Shown piece after piece: positions 21,896-35,715 of a DNA stretch of 64,000 nt. Origin of the DNA: Chiloscyllium plagiosum. Taxonomy: Eukaryota. Location: NCBI RefSeq assembly GCF_004010195.1, contig NC_057719.1, forward strand, positions 21,985,385-22,049,384, written 5' to 3'. The notes under the pieces are model-generated. The model was not told where the DNA came from and made no database searches. It saw nothing but the letters and a program-made list of their open reading frames with translations. Made by a program: the position numbers and the translations under genes. Within the stretch, counting starts at the first letter, position 1. Each line of letters opens with the position of its first letter.

Positions 21896-24445
21896 GGAAA
21901 AAGTCCTTACTCTCAGCTCCAGGCCTATACCAGATCCTAGCTCCCAGCCCTGGTGAGTTTTCACTATCCCTCCAGACCTTCCTCTCACTGAGGATGAACA
22001 ATCAGTCCTCAGCAACGATCTTACCTTCATCCCCCTCTATCCATGCATCAATGAATTAAATGTGTGTCATAACGTCGCACACGTCTTCTACTAGCTCAGC
22101 CTCCGAGCTTACTTTTCTCATCAAGACTCTCACCCAACCTCCACAGACTTCTTCTCCTGCCTCCAACACATTCTATCCACTGGGACACCCCAGTGCTGGC
22201 CTATTACCCACCCTTGACCTCTTTATTTCCAACTGCCACTGAGACATTAACCTGTCTACACTCCTTTCCCCTCTCCAAGCTCTCACCCTCACAATGTGCA
22301 GCCCTCCACTCCATCTGCACTAACCCCAACCTCTCCATCAAACCAGTGGATAAAGGGGGTGCAGTGGTAGTCTGGTGCACTGACCTCTACACCGCTGAAG
22401 CCAGATGCCAACTCAAAGACACCTCCTCCTACCGCCCCCTCGACCATGACCCCACCCCCCCCATCACCAAACCATCATCGCCCAGACCATACACAATGTC
22501 ATCACCTTAGGGGATCTCCCACCCACAGCTTCCAACCTCGGGAGCCACGTATTGCCCGATTCTACCTCCTACCCAAAATCCACAAGCCTGACTACCCTAG
22601 CCGACCTGTTGTCTCAGCCTGCTCCTGCCCCACCAAACTCATCTCCACCTACCTTGATACTGTCCTATCCCCTTAGTCCAGGAGCTCCCCACATACATTC
22701 GGGACACCACCCATACCATCCACCTACCCAAGACTTCCGTTTCCCCAGCCCCTCACACCTCATCTTCACATGGACATCCAATCCCTCTACACTTCCATCT
22801 GCCATGACCAGTGCTTCCAAGCCCTTCACTTCCTCCTCTCCCGATGTCCCCAACAGTACCCTTCCACTGACACTCTCATTCATTTGGCTGAACTGGTCCT
22901 CACCCTCAACAATTTCTCCTTTGAATCATCCCACTTCCTTCAGACCAAAGGGGTAGCCATGGACACTTGCCTGTGCCCCAGCTATGCCTGTCTCTTCCAG
23001 AGTTACAGCGGCACCACTCCCCATCTCTTCCTCCGCTACATTAATGACTGCATCGGTGCCACCCAGTGCTCCCGCGAGGAGGTTGAGCGGTTCATCAACT
23101 CCACCAACACATTCCATCCCGACCTTAACTTCACCTGGACCATCTTGGTCCACCTCCCTCCCCTCCCTGGACCTCACCATCTCCATCAACGATGACCGAC
23201 TCAACACTGGCATTTTTTACAAACCCACCGTCTCACACAGTTACCTGGATTATACCTCCTCCCACCCTACCTCCTGAAAAAATACTATCCCATATACCCA
23301 ATTCCTCCACCTCCACCTCCTCTGCTCCCAGGAGAACCAGTTCCACCACAGAACACACCAGATGGCCTTCTCTAAAGACCGCAATTTCCTCTTCTACATG
23401 GTTGAAGATGCCCTCCAATGCATCTCATCCACATCCCGCACCTCCGTCCTTGAACCCCACCCCTCCAACCACAACAAAGACAGAGCTTGCCTGGTCCTCA
23501 CCTTCCACTTCACCAACCTCTGCATAAATCGCATCATCCACTGACATTTCCGCCACCTATAAACAGACCCCACCACCAGGGATATATTTCCCTCCCCAAC
23601 CCTATATGCTTTCCGCAAAGACCGTTCCCTCTGTGACTACCTGGTCAGGTCCACGCCTCCCAACAACCCACCCTCCCCTCCTGCCATTTTCCCCTGCCAC
23701 CGCGGGAATTGCAAAGCCTGCGCCCACACCTCCTCCCTCACCTCCATCCAAGTCCCCAAAGGGGCCTTCCACATCCATCAAAGTTTCACCTGCACATCCA
23801 CTAATATCATTTATTGTATCCGTTGCTCCCGATGCAGTCTCCTCTACATTAGGGAGACCGGATGCCTTCTCGCGGAGCACTTTAGAGAACATCTCCGGGA
23901 CATCCGCACCAATCAACCACACCGCCCCATGGCCGAACATTTCAACTCCCCCTCTGATTCTGCAGAGGACATGCAGGTCCTGGGCCTCCTCCACCGCCTT
24001 TCCCTTACCACTCGGAGGAAGAACGCCTCATCTTCCGCCTCAGGGCCCCTCCAACCCCATGGTATCAATATGGACTTCACCAGTTTCCTCATTTCCCCTT
24101 CCCCCACCTTACCCCAGATTTTACCTTCCAGCTTAGCATCCTCATGACGCATCCCACCTGTCAATCTTCCTTCCCACCTATCCACCTCACCCTCCTCTCC
24201 AACCTATCACCTTCACCCACACCTCCATCCACCTATTGCACTCTCAGCTAACTTACCCCTCAGCCCCACCTACCCTCCTCCCATTTATCTCTCCACCCCC
24301 GAGGCTCCCAGCTTCATTCCTGATAAATGGCTTTCATCTGAAACATCGATTTTCTTGCTCCTCGGATGCATCCTGATATGCTGTGCTTTTCCAGCATCAC
24401 TCTAATCTTGACTCTAATCTCCAGCATCTGCAGTACACATCTCTG
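21896..24445 (+). mobile_element. Near full-length Penelope-like element (RT, Cys-rich linker, GIY-YIG), frameshifted
   Basis: IKPVDKGGAVVVW, FYLLPKIHKP, MDIQSLYTSI, GVAM, LRYINDC, C..C linker, IIYCIRCSRCSLLYIRET. Ends in a terminal repeat at 24315-24445. Confidence 0.92.
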
Positions 24446-25619
24446 CCAACATCCTTTTGTTGTCGACTCTTCGACTAAGGGGAGCAGCTGATTTCTGCAC
24501 ATCCTCTCCTATTCTTATACAGTCAAATCGGATCCACTGTCAACCTTCTCTGCTCTAAAGTAAACAACTCGACATTTTCCAACCTCCATTGAGCTAAATA
24601 ATTCCATCCCAGGCTACATTCTGATGAATTTCCTCTGTATCCCTTCCAGTGCAATCACATCCTTTCTATTGAAAAGATTTATTTTCAGATACTTATTAAA
24701 TTCTTTCTTTGAATGCCTCGTTTAAAACCCCCTTCCCTAACACTTGCATTTCACTTCCCTGTTCACTGATTTTAAAAGTTTGTTTTTGCGTTTCCCTTAT
24801 CTCTTTTTGTAAATCAATCAAAGCTGTTTTGTCGGCTCCTTCTGCTAAGGGGAACGATTTCCGTCTCCCGATCGTTCATGATTTTGACTAATTCTATCTA
24901 ACCTCTTCTCAACTTTGTCTTTTCGAAGGAAAATAACCTCAGCTCCCCAACTTTTGAACATATAACTGAAGTCCCTGTTCCTGGTCACATTCTTATAAAT
25001 TGGCTTTCCCTGAACCCAGGAGCTATTAACTGAACTGTGATGAACCTTGTCTTAATTTTACTTTTCTGTATTATTATGTATGACTTCTGTCATTAATATA
25101 GGCTCTGTGGTGTGACGTCTTATAAAACTTTTTTACTGTATCTTTCATGTACAAGTACACGTAACAATAAATTTCTATTCTATTAAAGAAGTCTTTTGTT
25201 CACCCTGTCTAAAACAGAATTGAACGCAGCTGAGGCTGAATCAGTCTTCAATAAAGGTTAATAGGATCAACTTCAATAATCCATACCTCTCCACATAAAG
25301 CCCAGGGTTATCTTCTCTCAACCTGTCCTGCCACTTTCAATGATTTATGCACATATAAATGCATAGGTCCCTGTGCTCCTGAAATCCCTTTGGAATTATA
25401 CCTTCTATTTTATGCTGCCTTTTTCCATTCTTCCTATTAAAATACATTTCTGTATTAAATTTCATCTGTTGTGCGTCCACTCATGTCTATGTCTTCTTGA
25501 TGTCTATCATTATCCTCCTCATGGCTCAAGATATTTCCAAGTTGTAGCACCATAGCTAAGAGATATAGAAATCATTTTGCCTTTTAACCATCTGATAGTC
25601 CTGAAAAATAACAAATGTA

Positions 25620-26240
25620 ACTAGGCAGCAAGGAGAGCAGCATGGACCCTCGTGATGACGGCATTGGGCCCAGTGTAGACTCTCATGGTAGCAGCAAGTG
25701 AACCCTTACTAACTTATTTAGAATGAACACAGGACCTGACATTGGAATCAGCAGCAGCTACATTGGCAGGGGCTCCATTGGCAAGGTAGGCCCAGCGATG
25801 AAAGATGGCGCTTGAGGATTGGTGACTTTGTGGTTGGTTGGGTCTGGCGCTGGTGGTGGTGAAGCGGTGGTGGAAGGGCATCACAGCCATATCGGCGAGA
25901 TGAGTCAAGCTGCCATCGGCAGGTCAGGTGCAGCCGGTGGTGAGGCGATGGCGAAAGAGAATTGGCCCAGCAGCGAAAGATGGTCCTTGAAGAGTGACGA
26001 CTTCAACGTTGGTTGGGTCTGGTGTAGATGGCGACGAGGTGCTGGAGAAAGGATGGTGGCACAGGTGTTAGTGATGGAGTCTCTTTTAGCTATATCTTTC
26101 CATTACTTTTCTTATTCTTAAAACTATTCAAAATGGTGCTGAATGGCGACAACAGTGGAAAAGCTTTTCACTGTATTTTATTATTTTTCTCACTGTAAAA
26201 TGCACATGACAATAAAATCATTCATTCATTCATTCAATCA
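25620..26240 (+). mobile_element. Non-autonomous LINE-tailed element, same family as 34835-35715
   Basis: Shares gcaaggtaggcccagcg..aaagatgg...gttggttgggtctgg and the tail cttttcactgta...gacaataaaatca(ttca)n. Confidence 0.6.
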
Positions 26241-26914
26241 ACTATATTGATATGATCTGCAAATTTCAACATCTCGCCCTTGTTTAAAATGATTGAGCCA
26301 CATTGTGAAGTATTGCAGTTCCAGTTTCCAAGTAACATCCTCTATCAATGCTCACAATCATTTTAATGTTTGCAAATGGCTCCTGGATGTTTGACAATAT
26401 CAGCAGAGGACGTCCAGGAACATTTAAAAAGAGGTTCCAAACAAGGTTGTTTTTCAAAATTGCTGCATTCATTATTAACAGGCTAGAACATTCCAGAATT
26501 ATGGAATGTCCGAGAACTGACTTAGAGCCATTAACAGCAGTAACTAGGGGGCTGTGAGTGGGTGGGGGCAGAGGTTATATAAAACATTAGTACCAGTTGA
26601 GTCCAGAGTGTGTCAACATTTCAGATCTAAGGATTGAGTTTTCAAATAAGTGTTGCAGTTATAGGGTTTATATGTCATCATAGAAAAGGAAGAATTGACA
26701 ATAATTTATGTGATCATTGACAATTGACTTAATGCTGGTAAAACTTGCTTTCAATTAAGAATAACATCACTACAAAAATAATCCGTAAATGCTTGAATGC
26801 ATAAGAATATTGGTAGATCAATGGCTTGCTTCAAATAGCTGAACTGATCTATGATGATTTTAATATGGAAAGTAATCATGGAATCCCTACAGTGCAGAGA
26901 GAGGCCATTTGGGG

Positions 26915-27650
26915 AAGGTATCTGGGGGTTCCCTGCAAATGTAAAAGATGCAAAACCTGTCAGTACACCAACCCCTCATCTCCATCCAGGGTCCTAAATA
27001 GTCCTTCCAGGTGAGACAGAGGTTCATTTGCCTCTCCTCCAACCTAGTTTACTGTATCCTGTGCTTCCGAAATAGTCTTCTCTACATTGGGCAGACCAAA
27101 CATAAATTAAGGGAATGTTTCGCTGAGCATCTCAACCAGGCTCACAGGGGCCGACCAGACCTCCCAGTTACACCCATTTTAACTCCCCTTCCCTCTCCCT
27201 CTCTGACATGACCATTCTTGGCCTCCTCCATTGCTGCAGTGAATCAGACTGCAAATTGGAGGAACAACTCCTCATCTTCCACCTGGGCAGCTTACAATCT
27301 GGAGGACTCAACATTGAGTTCTCCAATTTCAAATATCCTCCCTTCCCATCCCTCAACTCCCTTCTCTGCCCCTCCCCCTCCTTTCCATTCCTCTGAATGA
27401 CCCTTCCTTCCAACTTCCAACAGAATTCATTCCTCCCATCGACCAACCCACGTCATACCCTCTACCTGTCTCCACCTATCCCCACTCCACCACCCCATTC
27501 CTCCCCATCCCCCTTAAACCTCCATCTCCCCTTACACCCATGCCCAGTCCTGAGGAAGGGTTACACTGGAAACTTTGACTTCTCCACCTCCTGATGCTGC
27601 CTGGCTTGCTCTGATCTTCCAGCCTCCTGTATGTCTACTTTTGATTCCAG
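26915..27650 (+). mobile_element. PLE 3' fragment of a distinct subfamily (linker, GIY-YIG, terminal repeat)
   Basis: CKCKRCKTC, NLVYCILC...LLYIGQTK..LRECFAEH, KLEEQLLIFHLGSLQ.GGLNIEF. Hammerhead-like gtc-ctgagga-agggttacactg-gaaa-cttt-gac at about 27547-27579. Confidence 0.88.
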
Positions 27651-27654
27651 CAGT

Positions 27655-28150
27655 TTTCTTTCTCCATGCAAGTAGTCCTGTTCAGTACCTTCACCAGGAA
27701 TGGCTAGTGCTGCTCCCAATGTGTCCTCCTGCACTGTCCATTGAACCAGGCTTGATCTTCTGACTTGATGGTAATGGTTGAGTGAGGGATAAGCCGGGCC
27801 ATGAGTTACAGATGGTGCCAGAGTATAATTCTGCTGCTGTTGATGGCCCACAGTGTCACATGGATGCCCAGTTTTGAGTTGCTAGATCTGTTCAAAGTCT
27901 GTTCCATTTAGCACGGTGATAGTGCCACACAGCAAGATGGATGGTATTCTGAATGTGAAAGCGAGACTTTGTCTCCACATTTACTGTGCAGTGGTCACTC
28001 TTATTGATCCTGTCATGGAGAGCTGCATCTATAGCTGGCCAATTGGTTAGGATGAGGATTTTTCCCTCTTGTTCATTCCCTCACCTTCTGCTGCGCACCC
28101 AGTCTAGCAGCTATGTCCTTTAGGATCTGACCAGCTCCATCAGTAAAATC
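27655..28150 (-). mobile_element. CR1/Zenon-like LINE internal fragment
   Basis: Resembles recalled ORF1-end/endonuclease regions of this LINE group, but degenerate. Confidence 0.4.
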
Positions 28151-28499
28151 CAGATTACAGTGTCTGAGATTTTGTGAATGTTTCTGAGGGACCTTAAGGC
28201 TTTACAGAAATGTAAGTTGTCCTTTGATTTCTCAGCCAGTGTTCTGGGCTTCCTGCTTCCCCCTAACCATGAGCCTCTAAGCAACGAATAAGCCCAAAAA
28301 ATGCATCTGAATTGTAAGAAATGCCAGCTACACAGTTTCTATTTCTGGTTAAACATTGATTGGGTTGCCAACTATTACAGTGCCAAAATAAATACAATGA
28401 CTTCAGTACAAAGTACTATTATTGTGGCACTGAACGATAACTGGGACATTAATGGATAGGGCTTTATTAACATTTTACATAGGTGTTCACATTTTGTGA

Positions 28500-28870
28500 A
28501 TCATATAATATAGAAATAGAAACAGGGGTACATTGTTCGGCTCCATTATTCAATAAGATCATGGCTGATATGATTGTAACACCACCATTATGCCTGTCCC
28601 CTCCTCCCATGTCTCAGCCCTTAATTTGCATTTACATCAAAAAGCTGTATAACTTGGTCTTGTGCCTAGAATGACCCAACCTCTACTCCTGTTGGGGTAG
28701 CAGAATTCCAAACACTCATGACACTCTGACAGAACAATGCCTCCTAACTGGTCTTAAATGGATGACCCTGTATTTCAAAATGGTTTTGATTCTGGTTGAA
28801 GGAGAAACATCCTTTCAGCCTTTACCATGTCAAGCCCCCTCACAAACCAAGATGCTTCAGTAAGATCACC
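28500..28870 (-). mobile_element. Old CR1 3' end
   Basis: Tail (ccattattcaataagatcatggctgat) similar to 4070-4200. Confidence 0.6.
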
Positions 28871-29212
28871 ACATCTGAATCACTGGGTGACTGGATGCTG
28901 GTAATAAAAATGGAGCAGTTTGTTCATGCTAGAGAGTTCAAGGTTTCTACTTCTTGTCTCAGTATTGTCAATTGTCCATATTCTCATGTCTCATACTTAA
29001 TACAGAATAAATCAAAGATTTTAGAAAGCTTTGTCTACCCTACCGAATCCAGTACTTTCAATCATGATGCACATTCCTTCTTATCCCTCACGGCTGCCAT
29101 TTTTGTTACAGCTTTGAGTGAAGTTGACCATTTTGGAGTCATTTCTCAACTATTTAGTGCTAACACTAATTATTTGCTTTGCACTAATAACATTCCTGGT
29201 GCATTCAACCAG

Positions 29213-29333
29213 GAGAAAGTGACGACTGCAGATCAGAGTCGAGACTGTGGTGCTGGAAAAGCACAGTAGGTGAGGCAGCATCCAAGGGGCAGGAGAATTA
29301 ACATTTCAGGCATAAGCCCTTCATCAGGAATGA
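29213..29333 (-). mobile_element. Solo PLE terminal repeat (family A)
   Basis: Reverse complement reads attcctgatgaagggcttatgcctgaaatgttaattctcc... Confidence 0.8.
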
Positions 29334-29679
29334 GGCCACCACTATTCCCAACTCCTCAAAATGGCTCTGTGCCTAATAGGAAATTATTTTCAAGAGATGA
29401 TTTGAAAGAACTGGTGATGTTTGACAATCTTAGCTGATTTCTTTTGAAGAGATGATAGGACTAGTGGATAGGGTGGAGTACATATATATGGATTTCCACA
29501 TGGTTCATATAAAGTCGCTCATAAGATATTGTTACCACGAGACCACAATAGAAAAGATGTAGGATTAGAAAGAGAACATCCAAATCATCAAGTTCGATGA
29601 AACCATTGCTGATTTGAGAATTCTTTACTCCATGTTTCTGCCTTTTCCACATAACGTTTGAATTCCTGATGCCACAATC

Positions 29680-30590
29680 TATCACATATTCCCTTTCCCT
29701 CCCTTTTCAGGAGGAACAGCTCCTTCTGGAACACATGGTTCCATCTCCCCCATCCCAACACCTCCCTACCCTCCATGGCACCTTCTCAGGCAATTGCAGA
29801 AGGTCTAAACCAGGCATACTTTCCAGGTGAAGCAGTGACGTACCTGTACTTCATTCAGTCTAGTCTACTGTTTTCACTGTTCACAGTGTGGTCTCTGCTA
29901 CAACTGGGAGATGAAATGTAGATGAGGTGACTGCATTACAGAACACCAATGTTCGGTCTGCAATATTGACCGTGAGATTACGGTTGCCTGCCACATCAGA
30001 AAATCGCCGTGTTCCCATGGCAACATTTCTGTCACAGGCCTGCTGCATGTTTCAGTGAGTCTTAGAGTAAGCTTGAAGAACAACATTTCATTTTCCGCTT
30101 GGGAATCCTGCAGCCCATTGAGCTTAAAATCTTAGAGCCTAATTCCACCCTTCCCTATTTTTTCATGACCCCACATCTGGTCCTGTTATGACATAGGTTA
30201 CTTTTAACAGTCACTCAGTCTCATCTCCTCCTACGCCCATTATCAAATTATGTGAGTTTCGTTCAATGCAGCTCACACATTTTCTCTGACTCTTAGCTCT
30301 TATTATCACTCATTCAGTTTTTCTTCTGTCTTGGCCTACTATCCATAAGCACCTTGTTTATCTACACCTTTCATATTTCTCTGGGTTCCATTTCCATCTA
30401 TTTGATCACCTCTCCCTTTCTCCCAACTTCATAATCAGCACAGGTACCATCTTTGTTTCGTAGCTGCTAACACCAGACTTGAAATGTTAACTCTGCTTTC
30501 TTCCCACAGTTGCTACCAGGCCTGCTGAGCTTCTCTAGCAATTTCTGTTGATGTTTCTGATCTCCAGCATCTGCTGTTCTTTGTTTAGTT
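29680..30590 (+). mobile_element. Old PLE 3' relic with family-C terminal repeat
   Basis: LVYCFHCSQCGL.Y..E and KLEEQHFIFRLG.LQP. Terminal repeat at about 30470-30590. Confidence 0.7.
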
Positions 30591-31000
30591 TTTCCCTTGA
30601 TTCCCTTACTGATTAAAAATCTGTCTATCTCAGCCTCAAGTATTCTAATGGCACAACTTCTACAGCCCTCTGCTGTGAAGAATTCCACAGATTTGTTAGC
30701 ATATGAAAAATATCTTATTTGTTTCTGTCTTTAATGGATGAGCCCTTATTTGGAGACTATGCCCTTTATCCTAAACTCTCCCACAACGCAAAACAAGCTC
30801 CCCACATTGACCCTAAGAATCTTACATGTTTCAATATGGTCATATCTCATTCTGTTGAACTGTAATGAGTACAGGCCCAACTTTTTCCATCTCTCCTCAT
30901 AAGACAGTCCTTCCATGCCTGGGAACAACCCAGTGAACCTTCCCTGGCTGCCTGTAATGCCAGAATATCTTTATTTTGATAAGAGGACCATAAATGTTCA
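30590..31000 (-). mobile_element. CR1 3' fragment
   Basis: PGMEGLSYEERWKKLGLYSL and HIETCKIL. Confidence 0.8.
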
Positions 31001-31009
31001 CATGTTTGT

Positions 31010-32120
31010 GAGTTCAAGCTGAAAACGTATGGAACTGAAGACAAGTGACTGACCTTACGAGGTAATTCACTGAGCAACACAAGATGGTAGAGATAAAGAG
31101 CAGATACTCTAATAGGATGGACATGACTAGTACTGTTTGCCACTATTTGATCGTGGTATTGCGACTCTGTGTTTATTATTAACCTCTATGATAGGCTAAA
31201 AAGCCACCAGCTTACTGTTGAGACAAAGATAAGTTGCATTGTAATCAATTAGCTATGGATACATGAAATAGCGATGAAACATTGTTCAGTTAAATGAATG
31301 GTAAAATTGTGGTAAATCAAAATTAATGTAGACAAATATGAAGTCATTCACCTAAAAAAAGGATGGAACAAAGTCGTTTCTGATGACAAAATTTGAGAAA
31401 TAATGGAAATCCAGCGAGGCTTGAACTCCAATTATTTAGGCCATCAACATGTCATAAACAGGTAATCAAAAAAGGCTATGTGGTTTATATACCTGGAGGA
31501 CTGAAATACCAGCTGGTAGAAGTTATGTTACAGTCAATGGGCTAGTTAGACATCACCATCTGAACTGCTAGCAATTCTGGGCACTGAATCAGAGGGAAGA
31601 TCTACTAATCTTGGAGGGATAACCACAGTTTTTTTTAATCAAAATGGTGTCTGGGCTGCAAGGGTAAAATTATTAGGGGAGATTACACAAACTGGGTTGA
31701 TATTCCCCTGAATGTTGAAAGTCAAAGAGTGGTTTGTTCGATGTTTTCAATATAGTAAGGGAATCTGATTGCCTAGACAGATAGAAATGATTTCTACCTG
31801 TTGAGGCTTTAAGGATCAGGACCAATAATCTAAATGGTCACCAAAAGGCTAATTCAATTCAATTGTAGCGTGACTTTACAGAAGTGAAATCAGGAAATCT
31901 TCTAACCAAGGGGCAGTAGAAATTTATGTGTCTTCCATGAATAGCTATTGATGATGGATCAATGTTAATTTTAACTCTGAGACAGAAAGATTTTTGTGAA
32001 CCAAAGGTGTTAAGAAATAATGGCTGAAGACAGATATAGCTCACAGATCAGTCATAATCGCACTGAATCACAGAACAGATTCAAGGGGGTAACTGGCTAA
32101 CGCATGTTCCTGTGTTTCTG
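31010..32120 (+). mobile_element. Very old CR1 RT/3' relic
   Basis: Degenerate INVDKYEVIH and YEERL..LG-like segments plus a CR1-like tail. Confidence 0.5.
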
Positions 32121-33362
32121 TGTTGGTTTATTCTCAAGTGCACGTGAAACAAGTGTAAAAGATCTCAGAGCTTCACGTTGCCTGCTGTGTGGAAAGCTGA
32201 TATTTTTGAAATTAGGGAGTTTTTTTAAAAACATTTGTGCTTCTTTTTATTGTTGAGCTTAGCCTTGGTTTCAATCTAGATTTCCCCTAGATACAACCTT
32301 ACTTCCATTGATCAGAATTTCTATCCTTGCTAACTGTCAGTTTGAACAAAATTGAAGTTGGCGCTCCATTGCATTGTCCAGAATTCCTAGCAGTTCTGAT
32401 GGTGATGTCTAATTAGTCCATTGACTGTAACATAACTTCTACTAGCTGGTATTTAAGTCTCCCAGGTATATAGACCAATGTAGCCTTTTTGATTATCTGG
32501 TCCAAATATTGCTTGCTGTTGTAAGTTGTGGATTTTATTTCAGTCCTAGTATGTTTCTGTTAAAATATTAATCATACCTAATAGTTTGGTCCTTCATAAC
32601 ACCAAAGTGTATCTGTTCACCTGAGGCATATCACTTTGTATACAGTTATAGTGACTGGTTGAAGGTTTTGACTGAATGAAATAAATCTGGACATCTCACA
32701 AAACAGCCCAAGGCTCAGCAATGGGCAATAGAGCTAACAGCCTGATCTAAAGGCTATGGAGAAATAAAACAAAACAATCATAGTAATTCAGTATGCTGTA
32801 ATTGGGAAGAAATTAGTTAAGAAGAAAGGTTAGAATGTTCATTTACATATGGTCTGTGCTATACCTCACCTGGAATTACTTTGATGTTGATATTAGGTGC
32901 AGAAGTTGAAAAATTATTCAATTCCCTTTGTAATCAAACCTCAGTTTTGGGTTTTATGACAAACAATTGTGTCCTTTTAACAAAGTTTGCTTGAGTTAAT
33001 ATAGTGTGTTTTTTTTCCAGCTTTTTACAAAGTCTATGCCAAATGGTATTTGCTGTATCACACTGCAGGTTTCCCCAGCAGAATGCCAGCAAAAGATATA
33101 TATCTGAAGCCACACTAGCAAAGGCTTTTTGGTGAAAGTCATTTGATATTTTTCACCCATTATACATCTGTGTTCCCAGGCAGTCATAATGGTCTGAAAA
33201 TAAGGTGTAGAAAATTGATGGTAACTATGTGTCTATTCGTGGCATGTGAGGAAACTGTACTGACATTTCCTGAGCAGTTGGAAATCATTGCAGGTTGTTG
33301 ACATTGGACTTTGAATCCAAGAAACAGCCAGATCTCCGAAATTCTGAACCAAAGGTCCGGTA

Positions 33363-33536
33363 CAGAACAACCTTGATTATCCAAATGAGTTGGGCGGGGA
33401 GTATTTTGTTCAGATAACTGAGAGTTCAGGTAACAGATTGTTTGGATAATGGACAGTGTTTTTACGGGACCTTGAGGTCTTGTTCGGATGATCCGAAATT
33501 CAGATAATTGATGTTCAGATAATTGAGGTTGTCCTA
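33363..33536. mobile_element. Tigger/pogo-type MITE
   Basis: TIR cagaacaaccttgattatc / gataattgaggttgtccta, TA on both sides and repeated ttcRgataat subterminal motifs. Confidence 0.75.
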
Positions 33537-33719
33537 TATTCATTTGTAATTTAATTTGCTAAAACTATGCAAATAAGTGTCTATATGGCTAGATTTGAAA
33601 AAAAAACTATTAACTTGAAAAAAATGTGTAAAGTAATGGAGGTTTTGATAAAGGACTCAAAGTATAAAACAAGTGACCAAATGGCTAAGTATGTTATGCT
33701 AGATAGATCAGCACTGCCC

Positions 33720-34110
33720 ACATCCCAATGAGAAACTTAAGAAGTCGTGATGGTGTAACATTTGGGCTGGAAAGGAAAAGATGAAACCAGCCCGAACGCC
33801 TTTGATAATACCTTCCAAACCTACAGCTTTCACCACCAAGAAGAATATAGAGCAGAATACACAAAGGAACAGCACCACCTACAAGGTCACCTCCAAGTGA
33901 CACAATGTCCCGATTTGGAATGATGCCATTTCTATACGACAGATGGGTTAAAACATTAAAATTCCCTTTCTAAAAGCAATGTTAGAATAGGGTGCAGGCT
34001 ACGCTTGAGAGACTGCAGTGGTTCAAGGAGGACCTTTACAATCAGCTTCCCGATAACAATGGACAAATGTGCAAGACTTGCCAGTGATACTGACAATCTA
34101 AGAATGAAGA
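33720..34110 (+). mobile_element. Old CR1/Zenon-like tail
   Basis: accttccaaacc...aacagcaccacctacaagg similar to 2340-2600. Confidence 0.5.
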
Positions 34111-34834
34111 AAAAGGTCCCATTCATTCTCTAGATCCTCATCTAGTGTTTCCTACTGAATTTTCTTTTGCCAACATGCAATCTTCACGGACATATGAAGA
34201 AAGACCACCTACGAGGGAAGACTGTTAAGCTTGTTAGAGTTTGTTTTTCTACTAAAATATGAAACACAATATTCATTTGTAAATATTGGGGAATGTTAAG
34301 GACTGAGATCAGATTATGAGAAACTGATGCCTGAGTAAACATTTTATAATCATTTTCTTGTACAATAAGTCAAGAGAAAGAACAGCTGGTGAGATTTTAT
34401 GATATATAGCTCGGGGAAAATGTGGAAATAAACAGAAATGGAAATTGTTGGAGAAACTCAGGAGGTCTGACAGATGCTTTGTTTTATTTTTGACGGATGT
34501 GAAAGCCTATAATCAAACAGAGTGTAGGTACAGCAAATCGATGTAATATATTGGCAAACAGGACTAATCCTACCAAATCAAAGATGTTGCCACATAAGTA
34601 TAATGGGGCAAGTTTTCCTGTTTAATGTTTTGATATGTAACATCATAAGAGTTGGAAACACAAAGGGAAAATTGGACAGAGATGACTGCATACCTTTAAA
34701 TACCATAACACTTACATTATTGATCAAAATCCAATGGACTGTAATAGGGGCATACAATTCTGTCCAGCTGATTTCCTCCCAACCTAAATGGTAAAACAAA
34801 GAGTTGAATTTTATTAATAGTCCAAGAAGATGGC

Positions 34835-35715
34835 CCAAGATGGCAGCAGAGTATGGCTCCTTTGCCAGATGTCATTCGCTCCAATCACTTTTCTTTTACT
34901 TTTTCTTTTTTTCCCTGTTTTTCTTTTTCTCTTACTTACTTTGTCCTGAGCTTGAATGGCATTGACAACGATGAGAGCCCATCACATGGAAATCGAGCAG
35001 ACAGAGTGTGGACCTCAAGTGATCTTGAGGCAGGTCTAGGGCGTGACCTCAGACGGGCCTACCATAGACCTCAAGCGGGGCCAGGGACTGGACCTCAGCC
35101 CAGCCTACCATGGACCGTGAGCAGGCCTAGGGCACAGGCCTTGAGCAGACCCAAGGCCTGGAGTCAGCAGCTGCTGCATTGGCAGAGGCGACGTCAGCAA
35201 GGTAGGCCCAGCGGTAAAAGATGGTGCCTGAGGATCAGCGACTTTGATGTTGGTTGGGTCTGGTGTGGACAACAGTGAAGCAGTGACAGAGAGATGGCAG
35301 TGCACATGTCAGTTGATGGTGCTGAGCTGGCTCAGGACTGATGGACTCTCTTCAAGCTATGTCTCTTTTTTTAAACTTTATTCTTAAATTATGCAAAATG
35401 GCACTGTTTCATGAAAACAAATGAAAGAACTTTTCGCTGTACAGGTAGTTCTTCTACAACACAATGGTTGCGTTATTGTGCAACCCCACATTAAAAAAAA
35501 ACGCACTTTAGAAAGAGTGCTTAAAGTGTTGGCAGTGTAATCACATTACAGCCAACAAATGTTTTAAAAGTTTGCACTGTAGAAACAGTGTCCCCATTTC
35601 GTCAATCACATTTCAGTGAATTTGTGTTGTTGATATGCGCGTTATCACAGAATGACCTGTGTTTTATTGTACTCTTGCTGTAAAATAGACGTGACAATAA
35701 AATCAAAATCAATCA
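34835..35715 (+). mobile_element. Non-autonomous LINE-tailed element (head caagatggc, tail gacaataaa) containing a MITE
   Basis: Homologous to 25620-26240. Its tail is split at a TA by the 35442-35659 MITE. Confidence 0.6.
35442..35659. mobile_element. Tigger-type MITE with central palindrome
   Basis: TIR caggtagttct...aac / gttatcacagaatgacctg with TA/TG flanks. Internal hairpin tgttggcagtgtaat-cac-attacagccaaca. Confidence 0.65.

Larger units (their letters stand above)
20830..25000 (-). mobile_element. Old CR1 3' fragments flanking the large PLE insertion
   Basis: Minus-strand CR1 tail and RT end at 20830-21070, continuing at about 24450-24670. Confidence 0.5.
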
